A stretch of 64,000 bases of DNA from assembly GCA_965649225.1 (NCBI GenBank), contig CBFGJX010000010.1, positions 1-64,000 on the forward strand, read 5' to 3'. The notes beneath the pieces are model-generated. The model saw only the letters and a list, made by a program, of their open reading frames with translations. It made no database searches and was not told the origin of the DNA. Source of the stretch: a candidate division WOR-3 bacterium (lineage in GTDB: Bacteria > Hydrothermota > Tepidihabitantia > Tepidihabitantales > Tepidihabitantaceae). This document shows positions 36,762-45,942 of this stretch, piece after piece; the first letter of the stretch is position 1, and the number at the start of each line of letters is the position of its first letter. The position numbers and the translations under genes are program-made.

Positions 36762-39700
36762 ATGCCGCCGGTGCGGTCCGCGGCGGCAGGCTTAGGGCAG
36801 TTTAACCGGGGGTGGTTGTTGTTTTGGATTCTGCTGGTCACGGGGGTGGCCAGTCTTAATGCAGTAAACGGGCAGTCGGCGGCCGCAAGGCTGAAAACAC
36901 TGGTTCGTTACGCGGCCAGGCCGAGCGGGGCGCCGGTTGTGATTGGTGGCCGGCTTTTCACCTTTGACAGTTCTGGTGCCGAAATTCGTCCCGCCAGTGT
37001 TGACGAGGCCGGGTACAGTTTTTCTCCCGTCCCTAGTTGCTCCGAGAGTGATGCCCGGATGCTGGATACCACCGTACTGCCAGTGCCGGTACCGGGGCAG
37101 ATGTTTTCGGCTGACGTGGCATTCGATGGCAGCAACTGGCTGGTGGTCTGGGAGCATCATGTCGGTCGTTCCGATATCTACTGCGCCCGAATTGATTCTG
37201 CCGGTACAGTCCTGGACCGTTTTGGTATACCAGCAGTGGTTGCGCCCGGATATCAGGTTTTTCCCCAGCTGGCGTTCAACGGTCACCACTATTTGATTGT
37301 CTGGGAAGACTGGCGGGGCGGGTCCTATGCCGATATTTATGCCGCACGGGTGACACCCGCCGGTGTCGTGCTTGACCCGGGCGGTTTCCCGGTCTGCACT
37401 GCACCCAACGACCAGTGGCACCCGGCCGTTGCCTGGTCAGGGTCGACCTGGCTGATTGTCTGGGAGGATTTTCGCGACGGTGAGCAGTTCGACATCAGGG
37501 GGGTCAGGCTCGATACGACCGGAATGGTGCTTGCCCCGGGAGAATTTGCTGTCGCTGCTGCCGGCGTGCCGGAAACCGGGCCGGTTGTCGCCGCTGCTGG
37601 CGATACGGCCTTGGTGTGCTGGACCCTTTGGCCGGAGATTCTTGCCGAGGGTGGTATCTACGGTCGGCGGATCGACGGTCAGGGCACGATTCTCGACCCC
37701 GAGCCACTGCTGATCAGCGATCGGGACAGTCTGGAATATGCGCCGGCGATTGCCGCCGGGCCGGACGGCTGGCTGGTGACCTGGATTGATACCCGGCTCG
37801 GCGAGGACGATGTCTACGGGGCAAGAGTTTCGCCGTCGGGGGCGGTGATCGACTCCACTGGTATCGTGGTCAGCACCGCTACCGGCGCCCAGCGGCCGTG
37901 GTCGGTGGCATTCGACGGGACAAATTACATTGCTGCCTGGGAAGACCGGCGTAACGGTGCGGCTGATGTCTATTGTGCCCGGATCAATCAGTCAGGGGCG
38001 GTGATCGACCCGAACGGCATCGCGGTTTGTACCGCAACTGACAATCAGGTCGGCCCGGCTGTTGCCGCAGGCAGCATCGCGATACTGGTTGTCTGGGATG
38101 ATGACCGCGACCCCGAGCATACCCGCAGTTATTTTGTCCGGCTTGGCCGAACCGGTACAGTGCTGGAGCCCAACGGCCGGCAGGTGGCGCTAGCCGCCAA
38201 TAGCCAGTCTGAGCCGGCGGTGGCATTTGATGGTGCAGACTTTCTGGTTGTCTGGGCTGATGCTGGCGCCACGGGCAGTGATATCAGAGCAATCAAAGTC
38301 GATCAGTACGGTCGGCAGCTTGCCGCTGGATTCACGGTGTCGGCGGCGCCGGGTGACCAGCTTCGGCCGGCAGTGGCATTTGACGGCGACAACTTTCTTG
38401 TCGTCTGGGAAGACTGGCGCGGACCGGATGCGCCCGATGTTTACGGTGCGCGGGTGAGTCGGTCGGGTACGGTCCTGGATCCGGCCGGGATTGCGATTCT
38501 GGCCGGCGCCGGCCGGCAGACCGCCCCGGCAGTGGCATTCGGCGGTGGCCGGTATGTCGTCGCGGTGCAGAACGACCGATTTCTGACCGGCTGGGATGAC
38601 ATTTACGGAGTGCGGTTGAATATCGACGGCACAGTGCTGGACAGTTTCGGTTTTCCAATTGACACGGCTTCGCACTGGCAGGTGCAGCCGAGGCTGGGCT
38701 TCAGCGGCAGCAATTTCCTTGTTGTCTGGGAAGACCACCGGTCTGGTCTGGCCGGAGATATTTACGCTTGTCGGCTTGGTCTCGACGGACTGCCCCTTGA
38801 TACGGTGGCCAAAGGGTTTGCCGTTACCGGTTCGGAACGTGCCGAGTCGAAGCCGGATCTCGCGTATGACGGTGCCAACTGGCTGGTAGCCTGGGAGTGC
38901 GAGGGCCTCGATCGCGCCACCGACATTCGCTATTGCCGGGTGCGTCGAGAGGGCGGGTTGCTTGATCCGATGGGCCGAACCGCTTCCGCCGCCCCCGACA
39001 GCCAGAGCTGTCCGCGGGTGACTTTCGATGGCAATAACTGGCTGGTGCTCTGGCGCAACCGCAGTTCGGCTGACGCCCCGCGCTTGGGCGGGGTGCGTGT
39101 CAACAGCACCGGCGGTATTGCCGGCTACCTGCGTCCGGGAATCGGTGCTCCGGCAGCGGCCGCACCTGCCGTCTGCCGTGGCGGGCTGGGGGCGTTTGTC
39201 GTCTGGTCGGCGTGGACCTGGAACTGGGAGAGCAGGGCCTACAATTCCTGGCGGGTGTGGGGCGAGTATCTTGCGGCGTCAAGCCCGACGGTAGGCCCGG
39301 GCTGGTCCCGCTGCCCCGATGTCAGCGGCAGCCTGAAGCGGATCAAGCACGGGGGATCGCTGGTGGCGCTCGGCAATAAAGTCTATGCCCTGGTGGGTAA
39401 CAATACCCGGGACCTGCTCGTCTATGACATCGACGATAACCGCTGGACGACGCTTACGCCGGTACCCACCGCCACGGCTGGACCGGCGCGCAATGTCAAT
39501 CGCGGTGCCTGCGCGGCAAGCGATGGAAACGCGCTCTATATCATCAAGGGCAGCAATACCAGCGAGTTCTGGTGCTACGAACCCAATTCCGGCCGGTGGG
39601 AGGAACTGCCGCAACCTGAGTTTACCGGACGGATCAAAGCCGGCAGTATGGCGTTTGACGGCAGCCGTTCGATTTATCTTGTGCCGGGCAACAATCGTAA

Positions 39701-40469
39701 CGAATGGCGCGTTTTTGACCTCCGCTATCGTCGCTGGATGATGCCGCGGCCCGAGACCCTGCCCGGACTGAAGTGGAAAAAGGGCAGTCTGCTCGTTTGT
39801 GCCGGTGGCAGGCTTTACGGCGTCAGGGGCGGCAGCAAAGCCAACGAGTTCTATTCGCTGGACCTGTCGCTGCCCGATCCGGTCTGGCAGCGTCGGACCG
39901 ACCTGCCGCTCGTCGACAGAGAGGGCCGGCGGCGCAAAATGAAAGAGGGCGCGGCAGCAGCCTGGGGTGGAGACCGGTTATGGCTGCTGAAGGGTGGTAA
40001 CAGTCTGGACTTTTTTGCCTATGACCCGGAACTGGACGAGTGGCGTCAGTATGAGGACGTCGGGCAGCCTTCCGGTGTACCGGCGAAGAGAGTCAAGGCC
40101 GGCGGTGCGCTTGCCTACAGCACGACCACGGGCGGGTTGTATGCGCTGATCGGCAATAACACCAACGAATTCTGGAGTTATTTGCCCGGTGCCGACAACT
40201 TCGGGGTGATGGGAGCGGTCGGGTCGCTGCCGCGGCAGGACAGCGTTGGACTGGCGGTTTTTCCCAGTCTGGTGCGCGGCAGCGGTCCGGTGCAGGTGCC
40301 AGAGGCTACCGGCAGCCTGCGCATTTACGATTCTTCCGGCCGGCTGGTGATGAACATCACGGGTAGGGCAGGCGGCTGGCGACCCGATGTCCGCGGTCTC
40401 GCTCCCGGCATATACTTCTTGCAAACCGACGGCAGGAGCAGCAGGGGTAAAATGACGGTTGTCCGTTAG
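36762..40469 (+). CDS. Large surface protein with about 12 'VAFDG.N.LVVWED.R' repeats, Kelch-like propeller and T9SS-type tail
   Basis: Repeats P.VAFDG.N(Y/F/W)LVVWED.R...DIY..R....G.VLDP.G; divergent KG.NT propeller; IYDSSGRLV...LAPGIYFL...KMTVVR. Confidence 0.85.
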   Translation: MPPVRSAAAGLGQFNRGWLLFWILLVTGVASLNAVNGQSAAARLKTLVRYAARPSGAPVVIGGRLFTFDSSGAEIRPASVDEAGYSFSPVPSCSESDARMLDTTVLPVPVPGQMFSADVAFDGSNWLVVWEHHVGRSDIYCARIDSAGTVLDRFGIPAVVAPGYQVFPQLAFNGHHYLIVWEDWRGGSYADIYAARVTPAGVVLDPGGFPVCTAPNDQWHPAVAWSGSTWLIVWEDFRDGEQFDIRGVRLDTTGMVLAPGEFAVAAAGVPETGPVVAAAGDTALVCWTLWPEILAEGGIYGRRIDGQGTILDPEPLLISDRDSLEYAPAIAAGPDGWLVTWIDTRLGEDDVYGARVSPSGAVIDSTGIVVSTATGAQRPWSVAFDGTNYIAAWEDRRNGAADVYCARINQSGAVIDPNGIAVCTATDNQVGPAVAAGSIAILVVWDDDRDPEHTRSYFVRLGRTGTVLEPNGRQVALAANSQSEPAVAFDGADFLVVWADAGATGSDIRAIKVDQYGRQLAAGFTVSAAPGDQLRPAVAFDGDNFLVVWEDWRGPDAPDVYGARVSRSGTVLDPAGIAILAGAGRQTAPAVAFGGGRYVVAVQNDRFLTGWDDIYGVRLNIDGTVLDSFGFPIDTASHWQVQPRLGFSGSNFLVVWEDHRSGLAGDIYACRLGLDGLPLDTVAKGFAVTGSERAESKPDLAYDGANWLVAWECEGLDRATDIRYCRVRREGGLLDPMGRTASAAPDSQSCPRVTFDGNNWLVLWRNRSSADAPRLGGVRVNSTGGIAGYLRPGIGAPAAAAPAVCRGGLGAFVVWSAWTWNWESRAYNSWRVWGEYLAASSPTVGPGWSRCPDVSGSLKRIKHGGSLVALGNKVYALVGNNTRDLLVYDIDDNRWTTLTPVPTATAGPARNVNRGACAASDGNALYIIKGSNTSEFWCYEPNSGRWEELPQPEFTGRIKAGSMAFDGSRSIYLVPGNNRNEWRVFDLRYRRWMMPRPETLPGLKWKKGSLLVCAGGRLYGVRGGSKANEFYSLDLSLPDPVWQRRTDLPLVDREGRRRKMKEGAAAAWGGDRLWLLKGGNSLDFFAYDPELDEWRQYEDVGQPSGVPAKRVKAGGALAYSTTTGGLYALIGNNTNEFWSYLPGADNFGVMGAVGSLPRQDSVGLAVFPSLVRGSGPVQVPEATGSLRIYDSSGRLVMNITGRAGGWRPDVRGLAPGIYFLQTDGRSSRGKMTVVR

Positions 40470-40546
40470 AGAAGGGAGGTGGCCACGAAAAAGGCACGAC
40501 TCGCAATGACCAAGGGCTTGAACAAGGACCGAAGACGGAGGTATGA

Positions 40547-41605
40547 ATGGCAGTAAAGACAATCAAGACCGGCGTACTGGTTGCCGCGGTAATGGCGCTG
40601 GCGCTGGCCGGTTGTGACCGGCTGGCAGCACCAGAGTTGAACCAGCCGCCCGACCCGGCGCCGATCAGGGCCAGCGAGTATCCGATTACCACGGATATCA
40701 TCGCCGGTCAGCACACCGATGTCGGCGACATCGCGATACACTTCACCTACGACAACATCTTCATTACCTATACTACAACTGGTAACTGGTATCTTACGGA
40801 GACCCATGTCCATATCGCCACTTCGCTCGAGGACATTCCGCACAACAGCGGCGGAATGATACCTGGTCAGTTCGACTACAAAGAGAATCATGACCAGGTG
40901 CAGACCTACATGTACACCATCCCGATGCGCGATGCGTGGCGGACTGCGACCGAGCTCTATCTGGCTGCCCATTGCGCGGTGGTGCGGATTGAGAACGGAC
41001 AGGTCGTGCAGGAAGAGACCGGCTGGGGCGAGGGTCCGGAATATCCGGGCCGCAACTGGGGAATGTATGTTCCCTTCCGTCTGCCCAAGCTGTGCAAGCT
41101 GCCGACCTTCCCGATCGAGGTCAAGCTCGGGCAGGTGTACAAGAACATCCCGAAGACGATGTGGCTGCGAGGCATTCCGACCGGACAGGGCTACTATGTA
41201 TCGGACGGTGAATGGCCTTCGTTCTGTCTGCAGACCAGCACCTACATCTATGGTGGCCGCTGGTACTGGGCCACGCTGATTCCGAGCACCAGTCCGGTTC
41301 TGCCGAATGTCATCAAGTACGGTATTGACGGCAGCGTTACTCCCTACGACAAGATCAACTACCTCATCAACGCCTACGCCAGCATCCACCACGTCAACAT
41401 GACCGTGCTGGAAGACCTGCAGAACGTTTTCTGGCACTATCGCGGCTACAAGACCTACGATCAGCTCACGGCTCAGCAGAAAGCATACGCGGACGAGGCC
41501 AATATGCTCGGTTGCGGTTACTATCCGCCGCCGGGTGGCTATATCGCGGTATTCCTCTGGATTGGCGAAAGCGTACAGCTGACGTTTATCCAGGTTGACC
41601 CGTGA
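40547..41605 (+). CDS. Lipoprotein with candidate C-terminal thioester (TED-like) domain
   Basis: Lipobox LAGC; GGAGG RBS; SFCLQ, KINYLIN, DLQNVFW and terminal VQLTFI motifs. Confidence 0.7.
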   Translation: MAVKTIKTGVLVAAVMALALAGCDRLAAPELNQPPDPAPIRASEYPITTDIIAGQHTDVGDIAIHFTYDNIFITYTTTGNWYLTETHVHIATSLEDIPHNSGGMIPGQFDYKENHDQVQTYMYTIPMRDAWRTATELYLAAHCAVVRIENGQVVQEETGWGEGPEYPGRNWGMYVPFRLPKLCKLPTFPIEVKLGQVYKNIPKTMWLRGIPTGQGYYVSDGEWPSFCLQTSTYIYGGRWYWATLIPSTSPVLPNVIKYGIDGSVTPYDKINYLINAYASIHHVNMTVLEDLQNVFWHYRGYKTYDQLTAQQKAYADEANMLGCGYYPPPGGYIAVFLWIGESVQLTFIQVDP

Positions 41606-41627
41606 GCCGAACGGTCGAGTCGATACG

Positions 41628-41663
41628 GCACTGCCGGGGGGAAACCCCCGGCAGTTGCTTTTA
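41628..41663 (+). terminator. Rho-independent terminator
   Basis: actgccggggg-aaa-cccccggcagt stem followed by Ts. Confidence 0.75.
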
Positions 41664-41941
41664 TATTGACTGGGTCGAGAACTTGCTTTCGGAGCGGCAA
41701 TCGCCTACGATTTTCGATTGCAGCCTGACGATTGCCGCCTGTTACAATCAAGGAGGCGCGATCAGTAGTGCAGCAAAAGAGTCACGGGCAGCCCAGTGTC
41801 GCGGCAAGCTTATTGACCGAGCCGTTTGATGAGACCGGGCTGCCGTGCTCAAAACATTAGACTCAGAAATGACCAAAAGGTTCTGTTGATATGTTTGTCG
41901 GCGAACAGCATTAAGCAGTTGAATTGTAAAATTAGCAATAT

Positions 41942-43180
41942 ATGGATGTTGCGGATCTGGCGATAGTCGGCGGTGGGGCCTCGGGCCTAGTCTGTGCGGT
42001 TGCCGCCGCCCGGTTGGGCCTGAGCGTCATTGTGCTTGAGAAGACCGAAGCCTGCGGCAAGAAGCTGGCGCTTACCGGTGGCAGGAAAGGTAACTTCACC
42101 CACGCCTGTGCGCCGCGGGCGATGGCTGACCGATTTGATTGTGATCCGCGTATTCTGGTACCGTTACTGAAGCGATTTCCCTACCAGCGGATTGTCGGCT
42201 TTTTTCGTTCGCTGGGTGTCCAGCACCGCGTTGACGAGGATGGCTGCATCTGGCCGGCGGGCGACAATGCCGCCGGCATTGTTCGGGCACTGGTGGGGGA
42301 TTTTCTGCTCCACCGCGGCGTGTTGTTGACGCGGTCGCGGGTCAGCCGGATTGTACCGGGCGAGGGCGTAGTGCTGGCCGATGGCAGACCGATCAGGGCG
42401 CGCAACGTACTGCTGGCAACCGGCGGTGCCAGCTACCCCCACACCGGGTCATCCGGCGATGCCATTGAACTGGTCAGGGCACTAGGGTTGACGACCGTAC
42501 CCTGGTTTCCGGCGCTGGCTTCGTTACGGACGCGCGAGGACCTGTCGGCGCTGGCCGGGGCGACCCAGCCGAAGGTCGGGATGGAACTGGTCATCGACGG
42601 CGCGGTGAGGAGGTCGGTTAAAGGGCACTTCATTTTCGCACACGAGCACGTCTCCGGCTCAAGCGTGCTCAACCTCTGCGGTTATGCGGCGCGGGCTTTG
42701 ACCGAGGGCCGCAAGGTCATCCTGCGGGTGGACTGGATTCCCGATATGAGCGAGTCGGAGCTGGCCGAGGAGTTAGGCCGGGCGCGGCGCGAGCACCCCA
42801 GGCGGCTTGCCGTGACCTTCATCAACCCCTGGATGCCGCGGCGACTGGCCCAGTTGCTCGTCGCGCGGTCGGGTGTCGACCCGAACAGGGTGATGGCCGA
42901 GCTGTCCCGGGCCGACCAGGCCCGGCTGAGCGCCGCGGTCAAGGCTGCGGAATTCGAACTCGTCGGGACCGAGCCGATCGAGCGCGCTACGGTCACTGGC
43001 GGCGGTGTTTCGCTGGGCGAGGTTGATTTTGCAACGATGGCCGCCCGACGCGTGCCAAGTCTTTACTTTGCCGGCGAAGCGCTGGACCTCTGGGCCGAGA
43101 CTGGCGGTTACAATCTGCATTTTGCCTGGGCGAGCGGCATCGCTGCGGCCGAGGCAGTGGCGGGGAGGACCCTGCCGTGA
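41942..43180 (+). CDS. HI0933/BaiN/YhiN family flavoprotein
   Basis: GGGASG, GKKL..TGG.K.NFT, ATGG.SYP.TGS.GD, ATVTGGGV, YFAGE.LD...GGYNL..AW.SG. Confidence 0.92.
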   Translation: MDVADLAIVGGGASGLVCAVAAARLGLSVIVLEKTEACGKKLALTGGRKGNFTHACAPRAMADRFDCDPRILVPLLKRFPYQRIVGFFRSLGVQHRVDEDGCIWPAGDNAAGIVRALVGDFLLHRGVLLTRSRVSRIVPGEGVVLADGRPIRARNVLLATGGASYPHTGSSGDAIELVRALGLTTVPWFPALASLRTREDLSALAGATQPKVGMELVIDGAVRRSVKGHFIFAHEHVSGSSVLNLCGYAARALTEGRKVILRVDWIPDMSESELAEELGRARREHPRRLAVTFINPWMPRRLAQLLVARSGVDPNRVMAELSRADQARLSAAVKAAEFELVGTEPIERATVTGGGVSLGEVDFATMAARRVPSLYFAGEALDLWAETGGYNLHFAWASGIAAAEAVAGRTLP

Positions 43181-43617
43181 AACTCGGGAAAAAGTCCACC
43201 ACGGACAAAACGCCCCCGGCCGCCTACGTACTGTTACTGTTATGTCCGGCGCAGCAGGTCCGACGTGTGGCTGCGCTGGGTCTGCTGAAGCTGGAGGCTG
43301 GTTATTACCTCTACGTCGGTTCAGGCGGGGTGAATGTGCTGAAACGCATTGAGCGACATCTGCGGCCGCAGAAGACCCGGCGCTGGCAGGTGGACTGGCT
43401 CACCAGTGGCCGGCGGCGGCTGCGCCCGGCCGAAGTGTGTATCCTGCCCGGGCTTCAGGAGTGCACGGTGGCCCGGATGCTCGGTCGCTGGCTGCAACCG
43501 GTGTACCGGCTGGGTGCTTCAGACTGTGCTTGCTCGACACACCTGTTCTACAGCGCGGACGCGGCGCTGGTGCACCGCGTCCTTGGCAAGCTGACTGCTC
43601 TCTCTAGCGCGTTATGA
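43177..43617 (+). CDS. DUF123 / GIY-YIG (Uri) endonuclease-like protein
   Basis: GYYLYVGS, RIERH, W.VDWL, EC, GASDC.C.THLFY. Confidence 0.8.
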   Translation: MKLGKKSTTDKTPPAAYVLLLLCPAQQVRRVAALGLLKLEAGYYLYVGSGGVNVLKRIERHLRPQKTRRWQVDWLTSGRRRLRPAEVCILPGLQECTVARMLGRWLQPVYRLGASDCACSTHLFYSADAALVHRVLGKLTALSSAL

Positions 43618-44926
43618 CCAGCCGTTCGGTGTAGCGGTCCGCTCCGATGCGAAGTTCGGCCGAGTAGACCCCGGCGGAAAGTCCAGAAACCGGAAGCCGG
43701 TGCGTGCCGGGTTCGGTTTGACCCTGCAGCGGCGCGGCGACAAGCCGGCCGAGGGCGTCGAACACGCGCAGCTCGACTTCTGCCGACTTGTTTAGTGCGA
43801 AGCACAGGTAGGTATGGCCCCGGGCCGGGTTGGGCGCGGCGTGCAGCCGTCCGGTGAGCCAGGGTGGGTCGGCGGCCGAAACCGCGGTGCCGTTGGCCGT
43901 GGTCACCTGCATCGAGTCCACTGTCGTGTTGCCGACGATGTCCGAGGCGCGGACAATCACCCAGTAGTCGCCGTCCGGCACCGACGCCGTGGCCCACTTG
44001 CCCTGCGTGTCGGTGGCTTCGATTATCGAGTCGCCGTCGGTGTTCGTTACGATGAAGTGATACTGGCGCCGGTCATAGTCGCCGTAGGTGCGGCAGGTGT
44101 TGTCGTTCTTGTATACGACCATCGTGTTGGCCGCGTCGAGCCGGTTGGAGAATTGTACGCTCAGAGTCCAGGGCACGACCACCGAGCCGCCCGCGCTCCG
44201 TATCATGTAGTCAATCTGATAGGGCACGAGCCTGTCCCAGGTATCGCGCGTGGTGGTGTAGCCGGTCTTGTCGTAGATGCGGGCGATGATGTCGACGTCG
44301 CCGGTGAGCGCGGTCGGCGAGAGGTAGTTGTTGTTGACGTTGTCGCGGCAGAACGCGAAGCGCGCGCCGGTGCGGGCGTTCTCGAAAACCGGGGCCAGCC
44401 GGTCGTCCATCGGCCGCAGGCGCAGCAGCGGGTTCTCGATGAACCACCATGTAACGTTGGGAAACCGCATCCAGGTTGCGCCGGTGTCGGAGATGCGGGC
44501 GAAGTGGAGGTGGTCGAACCCGGTCACGGTCCAGTAGACAAGGAAGCCGATGGTGTCGCCGGTCTCGACCCGGTCACCAAGATTCTTGTGCGGCCGGTTG
44601 CGGTCGATGTGCGCATAGAGCCAGCCCGGGGCGCGGCCGGTGTAAGTGAGCGGCGAATCGCATACCGCGACGCGGTAGTGCAGGTCGGCCTGGATGGTGC
44701 CCCAACCCTTTACCCAGCCCGGCGCGACGGCGCGCACCAGCGCGTTGATGCGGCCGGGCGTGATGATGTCGATGCCGTTGTGGAAGTACGGGTCGCTGCC
44801 GTAGTTCTGGTACTCGCCCCAGTTGTTGCCTAGGGGCTGGACCGAGTCAATCGGCACGACCGGCCAGGGCTCGGCGAGAGCGACCGTAAACACCAGCAGA
44901 CAGTAAAGAACCTTCACTGATCGCAA
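43604..44926 (-). CDS. Secreted M23-like metallopeptidase with T9SS-type tail
   Basis: FHNGID (HxxxD), YAHI, HLHF (HxH); APNP...VFDALGRLV...AGVY tail; AGGAGG RBS before TTG 44926. Confidence 0.75.
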   Translation of the reverse strand: MRSVKVLYCLLVFTVALAEPWPVVPIDSVQPLGNNWGEYQNYGSDPYFHNGIDIITPGRINALVRAVAPGWVKGWGTIQADLHYRVAVCDSPLTYTGRAPGWLYAHIDRNRPHKNLGDRVETGDTIGFLVYWTVTGFDHLHFARISDTGATWMRFPNVTWWFIENPLLRLRPMDDRLAPVFENARTGARFAFCRDNVNNNYLSPTALTGDVDIIARIYDKTGYTTTRDTWDRLVPYQIDYMIRSAGGSVVVPWTLSVQFSNRLDAANTMVVYKNDNTCRTYGDYDRRQYHFIVTNTDGDSIIEATDTQGKWATASVPDGDYWVIVRASDIVGNTTVDSMQVTTANGTAVSAADPPWLTGRLHAAPNPARGHTYLCFALNKSAEVELRVFDALGRLVAAPLQGQTEPGTHRLPVSGLSAGVYSAELRIGADRYTERLVITR

Positions 44927-45071
44927 CTGGTCCTCCTGGAAATCAAAAGCCGTCAAGAAATCGTAAGACCGGGCTGTACAGCTGTCAAACCGGAAAGCCG
45001 AACCGTTCCTGAAAGCCGCTGACCAGCTGGCTGGCAGGCGCGGCTGGTTTCTCGTGAAACTGCGGCCGGCG

Positions 45072-45941
45072 TTAGAGCCCGCGCAGGTACTCGGGCCTGA
45101 AGCGGTGGTCGCGCACCGCGGCGTCGAGCTCGGCGATGAGGCGCTGCTTGTCGCGCGGGAGGCGGCCGGCCAGGGGCACGTAGTTGGAAGCGTGGTTGGA
45201 GCGGAACACGGTTGCCCTGACGTCGACGTGTTCGAGAAACAGCCGCAGTTCGAGCGCGAACTCGGCCGGGTCGGGCAGCTCGAACTCGCCGCGCGCCATT
45301 TCGTCGGCGAGCGGTGTACCCTCGATGACCGTGAGCGTGAGCGCCGAGAGAAAGGTGGGGTTCATCGCGGACACGGCGCGGGCCGAGGCGAGCGCGTGTT
45401 CGCGCCAGTCCCGGCGCCCGCCCAGCCCGAGCAGGTAGATGACCGAGCTCTTCATCCCGGCGGCCATCGCCTTCTGCACCGCCGCGACCATTTCGGCTGC
45501 AGTCGCACCCTTGTCGATGCGCTCGAGCACCGCGTCCGAGCCCGACTCCATTCCGAGGTAGAAGATGCCCAGCCCGGCCGCGACGAGCGCGCGCAGTTCT
45601 TCGTCGGTTTTCTTGAGGATGTCGCGGGCGTTGGCGTAGATGCCGACGCGGCCAAGCTCGGGGAACGCCGCCTTGAGCGCGGCGAGTATCTCAAGCAGGT
45701 GCCGGGCCGGCAGGACCATTGCGTCGCCGTCACAGAGGAAAGCGCGTCGAACTCCGGGTCCGCAGTACTCGCGGGCGAGCCGGATGTCTTCGCGCACGTC
45801 TTCAAGCGGGCGAACCCGGAATCGCTTGTCGCGGTACATCGCGCAGAACGTGCAGCGGTTGTGCGAGCAGCCGACGGTGGCCTGCACGAGCAGCGAATCG
45901 GCCTCAGACGGGGGGCGGAAGATGTTGCCTTCGTAGCGCAT
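45072..45941 (-). CDS. Radical SAM protein
   Basis: RPPSEA.S, CSHNRCTFC (CxxxCxxC), YLGMESG, SNHASNY. Confidence 0.92.
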   Translation of the reverse strand: MRYEGNIFRPPSEADSLLVQATVGCSHNRCTFCAMYRDKRFRVRPLEDVREDIRLAREYCGPGVRRAFLCDGDAMVLPARHLLEILAALKAAFPELGRVGIYANARDILKKTDEELRALVAAGLGIFYLGMESGSDAVLERIDKGATAAEMVAAVQKAMAAGMKSSVIYLLGLGGRRDWREHALASARAVSAMNPTFLSALTLTVIEGTPLADEMARGEFELPDPAEFALELRLFLEHVDVRATVFRSNHASNYVPLAGRLPRDKQRLIAELDAAVRDHRFRPEYLRGL

Positions 45942-45942
45942 T

